Assembly (NCBI RefSeq): GCF_022539665.2
Contig: NC_081331.1
Coordinates: forward strand, 6,386,001-6,450,000
Source: Daphnia carinata
Lineage: Eukaryota
Reading direction: 5' to 3'
DNA length: 64,000 nt
Shown: piece after piece, positions 41,197 through 55,289 of the stretch
Position numbering within the stretch: the first letter of the stretch is position 1
How the letters are laid out: each line of letters opens with the position of its first letter
Made by a program: the position numbers and the translations under genes
Notes under the pieces: generated by a model
Told to the model about the DNA's origin: nothing
Seen by the model: the letters and a program-made list of their open reading frames with translations, nothing else
Database searches by the model: none

Positions 41197-41206
41197 ACTT
41201 TTATAC
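41197..41206 (-). promoter_or_regulatory. Candidate TATA box of the ITP gene
   Basis: GTATAAAAG on the minus strand, upstream of a probable non-coding first exon ending at a CAG/GTAAT donor near 41047. Confidence 0.35.
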
Positions 41207-44200
41207 CAGCGCTCGGCACCTGAAGAAACACCTTTGGCAGTTCTTATGGCCACAACCTGCGCAACTTGTAAAGAATCTCCTCCTCTTCCTTTTTTATACC
41301 CACCCTCTTCTTCCCCTCCTTACTTTCTCTCGTCTTCTTTTACTAGCTTGTTATCTTCACGAGAACATTACCTGGATGCTAAAGACTATTGTTTTCATTT
41401 TGAGGTCGATCTGACAACGAAACTAGACTCATCACATCAATGAGAATTGCCGTGATTGGAATATTTTCGGAATCACTTCCCCAAAGTTGGGTGGACATCC
41501 CAATATAATGCCATTTTAATTCTTAGTGAAACAATAATTGTAATACATATTAAACGTATCGATACCGCAAGAGGTATTGAGGTTGAGTAGGTGCGATAAA
41601 ACAAATCGCAGACGAGTAAAAATAATTAGACTCAATAAATTCAATGTGGCAAAGTGGAATAAAGGGCGATGTCTCTTATCTAATCTGACGGTACCCACAT
41701 AGCTAAAAATGTATTTAATCTAGTCTTCTTATTTGTACCGTATCTTCGGCCCATATCATAATTTCTGAATATTTAAAACCATAAAGCCACTCATCCCGCT
41801 TTCGATTTCCTGCTGCGAATGTGTCATATCTTGCACTCAAATAGGTGACAAAATAACTGTTCTTGCTCACAAAGCCTTCTCGTCGCTAATACGAAATCAC
41901 CCGCCTCAGATTTGCTATTGGGTCGGCCTCAATTTCTAGATACACGTACCATATCTATGGTGTAACTCTTTCGATTTGACTTGAATGCACAAAAGGAGGA
42001 CATGCCACAAAAAGCAGCTTCGTCATTGTTGTTTATTACTCGATTCCCTCATTACGATTATCGTTAAATCATTAGAACATGGAACAAAATAAAGAACTTT
42101 AATGAGAGTTATTGTTTAGTGATTTTTCTGGATTTGACCAGGTCAAAGTGGCTGCGACAAAAAGGGTGGAAACTACGCATTGTTCCCAAAGACCTTGTCT
42201 CCTATGCGTCATTAACAAGAAACTGAAATAGCTTGAAGCGTAACGTGACGACCGTGGGCATCCCAATACGTGAATGGAAATCGTGTTGACATTGTCGAGG
42301 AAATGATCGTGCAAGTTTTTCAAAGTTCCTCTAAGACCGGAATTCCCGGGGAGTACACCTTCTAAAGTCACGAGCTGGAAGGTTGCGCAATAAAAGGAGA
42401 ATACCTTCTACGTATTCTATGGCAAGGGGCATCACGTAAGATTGAGCAACTTTTTAATAAGAAAGTTAGTTAACTGTTAAATCTTGTGTATGTTATCTGT
42501 TCGTTGGCCAAGTTGGGGCCATCCCTTACGCTTTCCTAATGCTGCACACGGCTGAGAAAACATTTATAGGGGGGCATTAATCAATTCATCGTCAGATATT
42601 TTATAAGCGTGCAGTCTAGATTTGTAATGCCGAGTTAAGGGATTTGATTTTAAATAAGTGTTCGTGTCGTACAATTTAAACGAGGTCCCAAAAATTCGAA
42701 CGTTTTTGCTGCTTTTTATACCCTCAAACGTGATCCAAATTTTAATGATTTAGAAATACCAAAAAATTTTTAAACGATACGTTAATTTATCAAAACCAAT
42801 TTCAAGTGACGTTTACTTTTAGGCGATTGTGTGCACTCTCGAAAAAATAGAATGGAATAGAAAAGATTTTACCAGATGAGAAAAAGGAGGTGAGCAGAGA
42901 TCGCACGAAGTTACCGTACTGGATGATAGACGCACACTCTGGTCCTTTGCGGATGCTGGATGGACTTATATACTTGTGCAAAGAGCTAGCTGATGTTAAA
43001 GTAGGCAAGCCGTCAACGTTGCTATGGTACAAGGAGGAGCCACACGACTCAATTGATGATAGCTTCTTCATGAAGGACGTAGCCCATCGATTCAAAAGGA
43101 TGAGTTCTCTCGATTCGTTTTTACACTTCAAACGTAGGTAGATATATAAGCACCTACAACGACAAGGACAGAACAGCAAAGCATAGAGAATTGCAAAAAT
43201 AAGCGAATAATGACTGTTTCGTTTGGCAGAATACCCTATTCTTAACACCATGATTAAGCGTTTCAGTCGTTACGTATGCAAAAATCGGTGTTTGATGTCT
43301 ACTTTCGAATTCGTGAACTTAATGAAAAAAATTCGAATATAAACGATTCTAGTTTAATTGAATTATATCTGTTAATTCTTTAAGAATTTTGTATTACATG
43401 TACGAAATGTGTTCAACGGATGAATTATTAATTGTTAATGCCATTGCTAGTGGAACTTTTTCAACCGGCGAATACCTTCTAATTCCTCCGGAAGTTGTTG
43501 ACAACGACAACAACAAAAAAAGGGCATGAAAGGACTCAATTGTTTTCGGTTCATTTTGACACGATAAAGTAAGCCGACTGCTTCTCGTTTGACCCACATC
43601 ATTATTATTGTGCGTGGTCCAACACATACAATACTTCGCATCCCGTAGGTAACAATTAATCAACTTCTCGACGTGTGACCGAGTCCTGGAACAAGGGCGT
43701 ATGGACGTAGATGATTTTTTATTAGTCAGCTACATTTCTGTCAATGACGCAAGATAATTTATCCAATAGAGTGAGTTCTGCTGTATTCTAGAACGGATGC
43801 AAAAGTTGTAATCCCCTTAATTGATTTATACTACTGCTCTTTGAACAGCAAATTAAATATTTTTCCAGAACATCTCTTTTGTTTGGCTAGCATTTTATCT
43901 TAATGGCTATCAGCGGTGTTGTTTTAGGCAATAGACTACTTCCCAATGCATCGCCCACGGACTAAATTAGCAGTGTGAGCCAACTTGACTAAAAGTACCT
44001 ACGTCAAATAAACGTTGTAACCAACTTTGGCGTCAATCGAGTTCTTGACTCGCGAACAAGTTTCTGTGAAAATAAGTGTACATCAGCCACGATTGGCTTG
44101 ATTGTTGTTGCGCAGCGTGGCGACATCCAAAACCCGCCAATGTTTCCTATTTATAGTTATTCTTGTGATCTAGCAGTTCGTTACACACAAAAAATCAAGC

Positions 44201-44691
44201 AAACTTGCTACCTTTGATCAAATGATTTCAATTCGGCTTTATCATAGCCTTGAGTTGTCCGCAAACGTGTCATTATAAAAAGTTCCAGAATCCTCAATTT
44301 CAAAAAACATCAATGAAGGATTGATTATAACTCGCGGTTTGTCGAGAAAATATTCGGAAAAACGCATGTAGATGGCAGAGAGTCTACATCGCTGCAGACG
44401 ACCAAATTCAGCACACACGTGTACTGTAAGAGTGGCAGGGAAAAAAAAATAATCATATAGAGGTCTCAACGTCAGGTAATAATTTTCAGGAAAATCAATA
44501 GGAACCTTGAAGAAGGTGAGGTCATGATAGCAATGCTTATATGTCGATTTCACTAAATACTAAAAGAAGGATAAGATTGGTACCAACTATTTGTTTTCAC
44601 AGTGACGAGATTCTAATGCTGCTATACCTGTATCTATCCTGTTGAGCCTTCAGTGGTATAAATAGTGTTGCTCTGTTTGTTTGCAGGAAAA

Positions 44692-46290
44692 ATGGCAGAA
44701 CAGAAAAAAAATATGAGTGAAGAAGAGAAGCATCAGCTAGCCTTGAAGCTGGATCAAGATCTAGAAGAATTTATAAACTCCAGAAAAAAAACTCCATACA
44801 CTGAAGGTTGGAAAGAGGAAACATGGGAACAGGTAAAATCTTGAATAGGTTCATTTTCCAATAGTGCTGATTATATATTGTCTATTAGGAAATGGAACAA
44901 CATCCATTTTTCATGAAATCTCTTCCCGAAGAGGGTGAACCATTGCCACCTCTCCTTGAGGCTTTTCAACAGCTAAAATATGACCCTGAAGAGAATACTA
45001 CAGAAGGTAACCATTAGAACTTAAAAGCTTCATATTCATTCATTCATTCATCATTGTACAATCTAAATCACAGATTTAGCCCTGAATTATAAGAATGATG
45101 GTAATTTCAACTTCAAACTGAAAAAATACCGCTTTGCCATTGCCAATTACACTGAAGGACTTAAACAAAAATGTGGAAATGTAGAACTTGATGCAAACTT
45201 GTATCTGAATAGAGCAGCATGCCAATTTCACCTGGGTAACTACAGGTTCTCAAATTACCTGCATGATTCTGAAAGAATGCATTGTTCCATAACAAAGTTT
45301 TGTTTTCAAGGTCTTCACTGAATGACAGCTTGCAAGCTGCAAAACTAAAACCTGATTATACTAAGGCCATCGTACGTGCAGCCCAATGCTGCTTGCAATT
45401 AAAAAGGTTCACCGAAGGCCTTAAATGGTGCGACTATGGAATAAGATTAAAAAACAGCGATCCTGCGCTCGTTAAATTGCGAACCGAGCTCGTACAGGGT
45501 CAAGTATGCAATGAAAATCACCGAGAAAGATTGGTGACTAACTGAATTTGTTTTTTGGGCAGAAATTGGAGGAAAGAAACAAAAGAAAGGCAGAAATAGC
45601 GGAGAAAAAAGAACAAGCGTCAATCAACGAGTTGGTGAACGCTTTGCGCATTCGCAGCATCAAAACTGGTATCAAGGGGAAAAAAGATGGTGATAAAACG
45701 ACATTGGACTTGTCAAGCATTGAACCATGTCATCCGGCAGCGTATGGATCTAGAAAATTGATTGTACTACATAAACCAAAATCAACCCTTTTTTATCCTT
45801 AGAATTGGGAAACGCGTTCACGTGGTCGGCGATGCTTTAGTTTGGCCCGTCCTATTTCTGTATCCAGAATACGGTGAAACTGATTTTGTACAAGAATTCC
45901 ACGAAGACTCTTGGTGATTGTTTCTTTCTTCGTGTTCCCATTTTGAGTGAAACACTCATTTACGTATGTCTTGCAGCTTCGTGGACCATTTGGAGCTGAT
46001 GTTTGAAGAATCGCCACTTTGGGACTTGGAAAAGAAGTATAATCCAACCTCAATTCGTATGTATTACGAGCACAGGGAAAGCGGAAAACTATACGCGGTT
46101 GATGCAAACTGTTCGTTAAAGGCTGTCTTGTCCGAAAAAACGTAAATTTTTTGCTTGCATAAGCTTTCTTTGTGTTATTTAATGTTATGTTTTTTAAAGG
46201 TACGTTGTTCAAGGGGGAACACCTGGATTCATTTGTTTGGTTGAAGGAAGTCCATTCCAGAAAGAGTTCTTGAAAAGATACACAAGCTGA
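44692..46290 (+). CDS. TTC4: Tetratricopeptide repeat protein 4 (Hsp70/Hsp90 co-chaperone, Cns1/Dpit47 family)
   Basis: [91 protein letters not shown] and [10 protein letters not shown]; stop at 46288-46290. Confidence 0.92.
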
Positions 46291-46352
46291 TATGTCGAAT
46301 GGATGTATAATGACGCGAAAGATATACAAATTACATCAAATTGTTTTAAAAC

Positions 46353-49300
46353 TTACGGAAGAATACGACTCGTCTGCTCCGAGTACTCAGTTCCTTCAAG
46401 CCCTCGACACAATAGGGAGAATTCTCGTACAATGTCTTGCAGTCGCCTTTTGTTTGACTTTTCCCTACAATAAAACATGCCATTAATAAGTACAAGACAA
46501 TCAGGAAACAAGGCAAACTACGTACTTCAGGATAGAACGGCAAAAATTCTCCTTTTGAGGCTGACTGACAAGAGGCGATGGAAAACGTTCGCGACCAAGA
46601 GATGTGCTCATCCACCGACAGAGACTGTCAAAATATTTCTTGTTAAGTGCCAAAATGACGTCGGCCGTATGTTCCACCAGGGCCCGAGGTGATTCTCCAC
46701 CTAGAAAAAAAAATATTAAAAAGTACAGCCGAAAACTCCACAAATGAACTTTCTTAACCACAAAAAGGGCCCTATTCAATCAACGTTAAACGGACGGTAC
46801 ATGATTATGCGAATGAAAACACTATACCTATGCAGCTAAGAAGCTGGGCGACAAGAAGTGGACCCTGATTCTGCACAACAGACACAAGTTCAGGATTCTC
46901 CCTACTTTGAGTGATGAAGTGAACCAAGTATTGAGTAGACGCTTTAAGGACTGGTGATTCAGGTCTCGTTAAACCGACAATTCCACAATAAAACAGCGAA
47001 GATAAAGGGTAAGCGGAGCCGCTCAATAATTTTGGACTTTTTCTGATTATTTGAGTGAGAAGACCGAGAAAACTGGCCAAGACTTCATTGTTTTCGGCGA
47101 GCCGGCTAACATCAACGGATGGCACTCCGTCCAGTGTCAGCGTACTGTAGTCGATCCCGCAAACTTGCAATGTAGTTCCAATAATTTCCGAGAGGAAAGC
47201 TCTAATAAGCTGCTGAGCGTCGCCAGTAGTCTGGCTGAAAATTAAAATGATGAGCTTAGCTACATCCAATGTAGCTGCTTGGGGTGACAGCCGGTGGCAT
47301 TGGACGATTACGGCTGCCAATTCTGGCAAGAAAGATAAAGATTCTTCCATCAAAGTTGAAACAGTATGTTTGACGACCAAGCAGATGGACTAAAAACAAC
47401 GAGATTAGAAATTTAGCAATATTGGGATTTAAATGTCATTTGTACCTCGGAAATCTGCTCATCGGCCCCCCAGTGGTCCACAACACCTTTCAAGAATGGC
47501 AGCAATTGCTGGGCAATCAAAAGAACAGGTTGTTGCTGAATTGCCAAAGCCTGTCGAGTCACGGATTCATCAGCTTCAGAATCGTCTCCCCCAGAGATTC
47601 TTAGGTCGAGCGTGGTGCATAACGTAGCAATCCTAGAGAAACGCAAATAGAAATTTCGGCATAACAATTAAGGTTGAAAGGTGCTCATTCTCAATGACTT
47701 AACCTTACATTTTAAGCCTGGTAATAAGTACAACTTTTGTCAGGGCGTCCGGTTCTCGGGTGTTGCACAACGTGCGCAATTCTTCTACACACGGGCCAAC
47801 CACACGATTGAGGCTAGCTACTATCACATCCAAGGGTAGAATTGATAAAACTTTTCCTAATATGTACATCAACCGTATCTAGAAAAAGATCGAGTCAGTC
47901 AGCACCAAAATGCTACACGTGTAAATAACGTTACCTTTTCACTAGCTTTGAGATCATCGAGGCGCAAGGCTTGTTCAGCACCTTGCAACAATGCTTCAGC
48001 ATATGGCCGAATCCCAATTTGACAATCTCGAGTTATATCCTAGGAATGGTGACCGTTAGTATTAAGGCTCCATAGAGAAATAAAAAACAAACATATCTAA
48101 ATGTGTACATTACCTTAAGGGCCAATGTTGCTGCTGGTGCGGCGTCCGAACTGTTAAGACCGAAAAGGAGAATAGGTAGCACATGACCCAGGTAGGTGGG
48201 ATGGGCGCTCAACCATTCAGCGTAAGCGCCAAGTGTCTCGAGCGCCGTATTAACGACGTAACGATGACCCGAGCCGTATGGAATATTGCCAAATAAACTC
48301 AGAATCTGAGGAACAAGCAAGTCTGCTTCTGCTTCGATATTCTCAGCGACCGCCTGATAGTTGCCGACATGGTAAGGGCCTGTTCGCTGGCAATACATGG
48401 TAAACAGTTAAGTGGGACTTACTTTTAAAGCGTGTAGACATGCCTCCAACGGAGGCCATTCACTGGGGTTCTGATTGCATTGTGACACCGTTGAAGCAAG
48501 GTGGGACGCCAAACGGTTCATCATGGCCGATCGCAGGAACTTATAACAATATGCCAATGTATCGGAGATATCCTAATATTACATTTGGGCATAGAACAGA
48601 ATTATTAGGCATTTTGGAAGCGAATGTACTGCATACCTGACGATAGCATCGAAAGGTCTCTTTGTCGTCGGGACTCCAATCCGATTGATCTACCGTAATC
48701 ATCGATTTTGTCAACAAGATATCGACCAAGGCCAAATAGGCTGGGCCGAACAACGATTCGTAGATTTTCTGTTTCTCAGCATTTGAAGTGCAGATGTCGT
48801 CTTGAAGAATGTACCTTATGGGGCAAGATAACGTTTGCTTTAAGATACTAGACAATAAAACATGAAGAAAAATGTGAACTACCAGAAACTAAATGCCAAG
48901 TGACTACAATTTTCGTCTAGTGGGTAGCGACCGGGAGTTCCGGTGCTCTCCAACATGATTTGTGTCAGCTGCAGAACATTCTCCTTCTTTAGTCCGTCTT
49001 CCAGAACGGCGTCTAATAAAAGACGAGAGTGGCTCTCGCCAAATGCCGCAAGCGTAGCATAGATGTGCGCGGCACCCTCCAGATCTCCTTCACGTCTGAG
49101 AAATTCACAAACGGTTTTCTGCAATGCGGAAATGAATGTCTAGTGTCAAACGGAGTACCTAAGCAGCTGGATTTGGTCTTTCAGAGAGAGCAACTGGTTC
49201 AACATGTCCATAAGCAAACTTGGATAACGGTGAGCTTCCGGGTGGTTCAAAAGATGAGTCAAGGCGTCCAAAGATGCTTCAGCCAAATTCGCATTACGAG

Positions 49301-50293
49301 CCACCGCTAACAAAGGTTCCACCAAATGAAGACTTTCTTCTAAGCCGATTCCAACTCCATGTTGAATCCACGATGAGAAACATTTGATGCCAGCCAACGC
49401 GGCTGCTTCGTCCTCCGGTGAAATTTGTGCCTCACGCGAGATTCCACGGCATATCACTTCGCGCAAAATTGGTAGTACTAGATTTAGATAATAAATGATT
49501 ATAAACTTTAGTAGTCTTGGATGGGGAACTTTCTAAAAACATGTTTAATACCGTCTTTAACTGCCTTAAGTAGTTCTCTTCTAATGGAGATTTTTCGATC
49601 ATGCGTTAATTTCATATTTTGAAACTGGGAAAGATATGGGTTTAAAAAGAGTTTTATACTAAGAGTTAAGGGTATATAAATTCAAACCTCTTCTGGAAGA
49701 ACGGTCAATATTTCTAGCAACAGTGTTACATGATGTGATTGCAATGTTCTTTCTCCACTGGCCTGCTGCAACACTGATATGAAATCATTCAGGGGACTAG
49801 CCCACTGATCAGGAATGGAGTGCAATATCATGGATGATAGCTTTTTTCCAACAGATAAATGAAATTTTATGGCATTTGCATGATGACAAGCGATTACTCT
49901 TTTCACTTACCGCCAGGCATAACCTGGTTAAAACGATTTTGGGCCCACTTGCATAAAACATAACAGCGTCAATCAGTTTTTCTCTGAAAAGTGCATAATT
50001 GTCAGCTGGAATCTCGTGCCAAAATCTAGATATCTTAATCTGAAGTGAGCTTGCTCCAAAGTACTGCACCTCCACAGGCTTTAAGATTCAACATAAACTG
50101 TATAACAATGTAAATTGTATCAACTATTTTTGAGCATGCTTACCTTTGATTGATCGAGAAGTTGCCATGCAAATATCCATGCTTGAGCCGATGTTTGAGC
50201 AGCAGTCAACCACACGTTAAGCTGGGATTGTGTGGCTAAATTTTGATAAAAATGACTAACGGCTTTTTCTAAATTCTCGACAGTTAGCTCCAT
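46353..50293 (-). CDS. IPO13: Importin-13 (cadmus), multi-exon
   Basis: MELTVENLEKAVSHFY, AQTSAQAWIFAWQLL, EVQYFGASSLQIKISRFWHEIP, GPKIVLTRLCLA, LLEILTVLPEE, PGRYPLDENCSHLAFSFW, DDKETFRCYRQ/DISDT and C-terminus EKSNKRRLQDIVREFSLLCRGLEGTEY. Confidence 0.94.
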
Positions 50294-53044
50294 TATCAGA
50301 AATTTCTTCAGAATATGTAAATTTATCTCCTCGTTTTATTGTTTATAAAAAGTGTCACAAAGCTATTTTACCACCACATCGCAGCAGACGAATTTCAAAA
50401 TCAAAACTGTCGTCTGCCACCAGATCGCGTTATTATCACGTCGATATTCTGGCTTCCTGCAAAATGTTATGAATGAAAATGGACTTTGCCCAACACCACC
50501 GGCCGAGAAAATTGGTGTTGTGAAGGTTGATGAAAAACTGAGCTACGTGTTCCAAGGTTTGATTCTGCTCAAAAGATGACCATCAAACATCGCGTTTTAC
50601 AGTTTGCTGGCAGGAGTTTCATAAATTCGTCCATAGCTCTCCCGTTATGCCTTTTGAGGGCAAAAGAAGGTAAATTGCCTCACGTAATCCATCAGGACCT
50701 CAAACAGAGACCCTTACATGGTGATTCAGCTTCCTTGGAAGGGACTTGTGCCCCACTACATCCTCGTGTATACGCATAGGAAATTATTCCATCGACCTGA
50801 GTTGATATTCCAACATCTTACGAGGCCAACTAGATTCAAAAAGTCTTGTGTCTGTACGTCGGAGAACTTAAATGTTTGTTTTTTTTGGAATGCCAATGAC
50901 CTTTTCAGCTTTCCCCTAAAGACGAGTTATGTTTCTTTCTTCTCTTTTATTCAACACGAGCGTCCTCCAAACATCGCGTCCTTGTCCTCTGGACTTTGAC
51001 TGCCAAAGTCCTTGCTTAACTGCCCAAAGTTTAGGGCAGTCTTGTGTTATTGCAACCCATTTTGAACGTATGGGTTTTCGCCGTTCAGTTTTGAACAGGT
51101 AACTTAATCGAAACATCGCCAACTGTCTGGGTCAGCATTGATGTTCGTCTGCTGCTGGCAATATGTCGGATTTCAACGTTTTCAGTAAACACAAAATCCT
51201 TTAAGATGGTTGTATTGTTTGATCAGGAAATGTAATAATAATGTATTAACACACAAAAAAAGGGGACGGTTTGGAAATCGGAAAAGAAATAATACAATCA
51301 AGTGAGCATTTCAATATGCATCTCTGGGAATTATTTCAAGAGAACAGCCAAGGGCCGGAATGTTTATGCAAACTTGTATGGAATAACGAGAGGTAAACGC
51401 TACAAGTTCAATGTTTTGTTTTTTTTTGTTTTTTTTTCCCAGTAGATCACTTCCCGAAAAAGGTTAAAGGTATAAAATTTCTTCTTTATTAATTCTTTAT
51501 TGTGTTTTCGATTCCAGAAAAAAACATCAAAATGAATCGTGAAGAGAGGGTAGGGAACGGGGGGTGGGATGTAGAAAACACGTTTGGTTTCTCTTAACGT
51601 AAAAAGTCAAAGACAAAAAAGAGGGGAAGAAAATAATAAAGACGGGATTCAAAGGGTTTCGTATTCTTTCTTTTTTCCTGTTATTTTGTTCCAGACGAGT
51701 ACCATCGTTCCATGAACAGGAATTTCGTGGGGGGAAGGGGAGTGGGGGGGGGGGACTTATCGAAAACTTGGACAAAGGCAACAATAGAAAACAAAAAAGA
51801 TAATCATTTATTTCTGTAATATTTTTTTTTTTTTTTGGTCCTCGCATTTGACTGGACTGTTGTCTTTTGTTTTTCTTTTTTGAATTCCAGTTTTTGTTTT
51901 TCGTTTGTGATGTTTCTTCTTTCGTTTCTGTCGTTCCTCGATTTATTGATTCGGCACTTGAGCACAAGGAAAATAGATGAAGAAAAATGGGGAAAGAACA
52001 ACTAAACAAAAACAAATGACAGAAGAACATCATTCTCTCCTTGATTTCCTTTATTCTTTCGTTTTCTTATTTTTTGTTCGTTTCAACTAAACTCCTATTG
52101 GCGATGGATCAATCCGAAAAACACGTGAACTCAACAAGAGACCCTTTGTATCAGGTATTTGAAAGGGGGGGGGGGGGGTGAAAGAAGAATAAGAAAAAAA
52201 AAATTATTCGATATCATTAATAATAATAAATTGAAGATAAAAAAAAAAAGAGAGGAAGGCAGCTTTCAACTTGTGGGGAGGGGGGAGGGAGAAGCGAAAG
52301 AATTACGGGATACACACACATTACACCAATCGATGTGATATAGTTTGTGCGCGTGTACGTGTGTATCTTGAAAACTTGGATATGCCTTTTATGTACACGT
52401 AAACAAATAACCCCATTGCTACACCTCTACGTCATAGTAAAGTCGAACAAACTGATACCGTTAAAGGTAGTGTTTTTTTTTTCTTTTATTATTATTATTA
52501 TTATTATTTGTAATTGTTTCGTCTTCTCGCTTGTTTTTTTTTTGTATCCTTTTTTTTTTTCTTCTTTTGCTATGACACACACGCGGAGCAAAAAAAAAAA
52601 AAAAAATTATGTATTCACGTACCGGGGCGAGGTACGCGAAAGAAAAAAAAGGCTGGAGTCGATGGAGGGAGTGTATCGAAGAAATTTGATAAGCAAAAAA
52701 AAAAAAAAAGAAGAGGAAGAGCAAAAAAAAAAAAAATGTTTGTAATAAAGGATGATCATTTGGGATAATCCTGAGGCTACACGGAGAGAGAAAACTGTTC
52801 TTCCAGTTCTCGCGCGCAGGTAAAATAAGGCGGGCGTGAAAGGAGAAGATTTCTCTTAATAAAAAAAAAAAAAAAAAAATAAAGAAAAAATAACGTAATA
52901 ATAAGAACGGATGGAACAGGGGACGAAAGAAGAAATTGTTAATGGGGGTGAAAAAACTCAAAAAAAAAAAAAAAAAAGAAAACAATTAAGAGATACGAAG
53001 GAAAGGCTTTTTGTTTTTTTTTTATCCATAGGCATTTGGGCCAT

Positions 53045-55248
53045 CTATTCATTCTTGGAATGAAGAGCTCCATTGGTGTAGCCGTTTGAGTGGCCGTTGG
53101 TGTGGCCGTTCTTCTCGTGTACTTTGCCGTTGGCGTGACCATTGGTGTGGCCGTTGGCGTGCCCGTTGGTGTGACCATTGCTGTGACCATTGCTAGTGCC
53201 ATTAGAGTATCCGTTACTGTGTCCATTGGCTTTCAAGCCATTCGTAGCCGCCGCAATCTACTCACACACACACACACAACAGTCAATAAAAACAAATTAG
53301 ATCAGAAATACCCCAACCAAGACATAAAAAAAAAACAAAAAAAAACAAAAAGCTTCGCTATTCTACAGGTGGTCTGGTCGCAGTAAACAGTTGGACTAGT
53401 TTCCAACATTTAATGTGGACAGAGGGGCGGAGCGACACGTGGAACTGAAAATAATCCGCTTTCCTCCGACACTTGAAAGAAGGGTAAACTATTTTTCCCA
53501 CGAAAAACTTAAATTGGATTTGAAAAAAGAAAAACGTCTTTTCTGCTACTTAAAGCAGGAAGAAAATTTTTTTTTAATGTTCGGAGTCAGCGGCAGAAAT
53601 GAATGAAACGCTTACGCGAGACTTTGCGTTTTTGTAGCTGCGTTTGTAGAAATCAGAGAAGAGGCAGAAGAAGAGAACGCCGTGGCAGCCGATCCACCAG
53701 ACGAAGGCCTTGGGGTAGTTGCAATCGATGAAGAGAAGTTGGAAAGCGTGCACCACAATAGCGATGAATTGAACCTAATAGCGGCGTAAAAGAATTAAAA
53801 AAAACAAAAACAACAAACAATCAATTCACGTGTACACAACATTGCGGACCATCATCGGCCTTCCGCTTTGCGAGGGCCACGCCCTGTCGATCCAGTAGGA
53901 TCCACCAAACGTCAACAGAACGCACTAAATCAAGACGGATGGTTCATTTTTTTTTTGTGTGTGTGTGTGCGGAAGGATGTCGCCATTTGTTAGATGTCGG
54001 ACAGGACAAAAGAGAACGACGTACCATCTGGAAAGCAGTGAGGTATTTCTTCCACCAAATGAACTTTTGGTATTGGGGACCCATGGCGGCCACCATGTAG
54101 TAAAAGTACATGACAATGTGGACGAAGGTGTTGAGCAAACCGAAAAAGGTAGAGTGGCCACCGGGAGTGAAGCGGACTCCGAACCAGACACTCATCGGCA
54201 TAATACCGTGGTGGACGACGTGAAGAAGGGAGACGTGCTCGTCCTTTTTGCGCAAAACGAAGAAGAACTGCAATGCAAATGAGGAGAGATGGTTCATTAA
54301 ATCAATGATTGATTTTAAAAATAATTGAGTATCTCACGGTATCGAAGAACTCGGTGAACTTGGAGAAGTAGTACCACCAGCAGGCGTAGACCATCTGAAT
54401 TATGTCGCCAATAGAAAGAATAGCGTTAGATCATCACGTTCCGTTAAAGTCGACATTGCTTTAAATTGTTTTAGGAAATGAAACTTCCATTTTTTTTTTT
54501 TTTTTGGGGGGAGGGGGGGTTTTAAGAAGGGGGAAAAAAACATAAAAAGGTTTGGAATTGAACACAAAATCTCGTCATCAAACAAGATGCCTGCAATGGG
54601 TTCTTATGCAATTCACACATTGTACTGAAATTGCGATTTACGATCGTTGCATCATTGCAGGATTCTTAAACATTTTTGATGAACGAAATAAGCGGAATAG
54701 GTTTGAAGAAGTTTTGAACGTAAAAAAACAAAACTTGATGTTTTCTTTTTCTTTTCTTTTTTTGTGGCAGAACGGAGGACATTTTGTGGAGGCGTGTCGG
54801 GGAGCAAGTAACGTGCGTCTATCTTTTGTGTGTAGCGTGATTTTGTTGGAGCTATCATGCAACCAATAAATAAAAAAATAAAGCGTCAAGCAAACAAACG
54901 CAAATTGGGAATTGTGTTGACGGTCGATTTGGTCGCGGTATTTTTTTCAAAATCAATTCGTAATGTTTGTTTTTTTTTTTCAACTTTAAATCTACGGTCC
55001 AATACGAGAGTCGGTCTTTCAGTTTCAACTAGTCTCATTTTGTTGTTGTTGTATGTAGTAGTTAAAAAATTGCACTAACTACAGCATTTGTGTTAGTAAA
55101 TGAAAAAATCGGACAATGTAAGGTGGGATTAAAAAATTACAATAAAAAAAATCAATAAATAAAGAAAGAACGGAAACAAATGTGAAAGGAAATTGTATAA
55201 AAAAAAAAGACTAGCACGAAAAGCCGTTTGAAAATCATTTGTAATTAG

Positions 55249-55289
<41 letters not shown>

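Noticed and set aside
51527..53226. Long Phe/Lys-rich ORFs downstream of the elongase
   Set aside because: They arise from poly-A/poly-T tracts in the probable 3' UTR.
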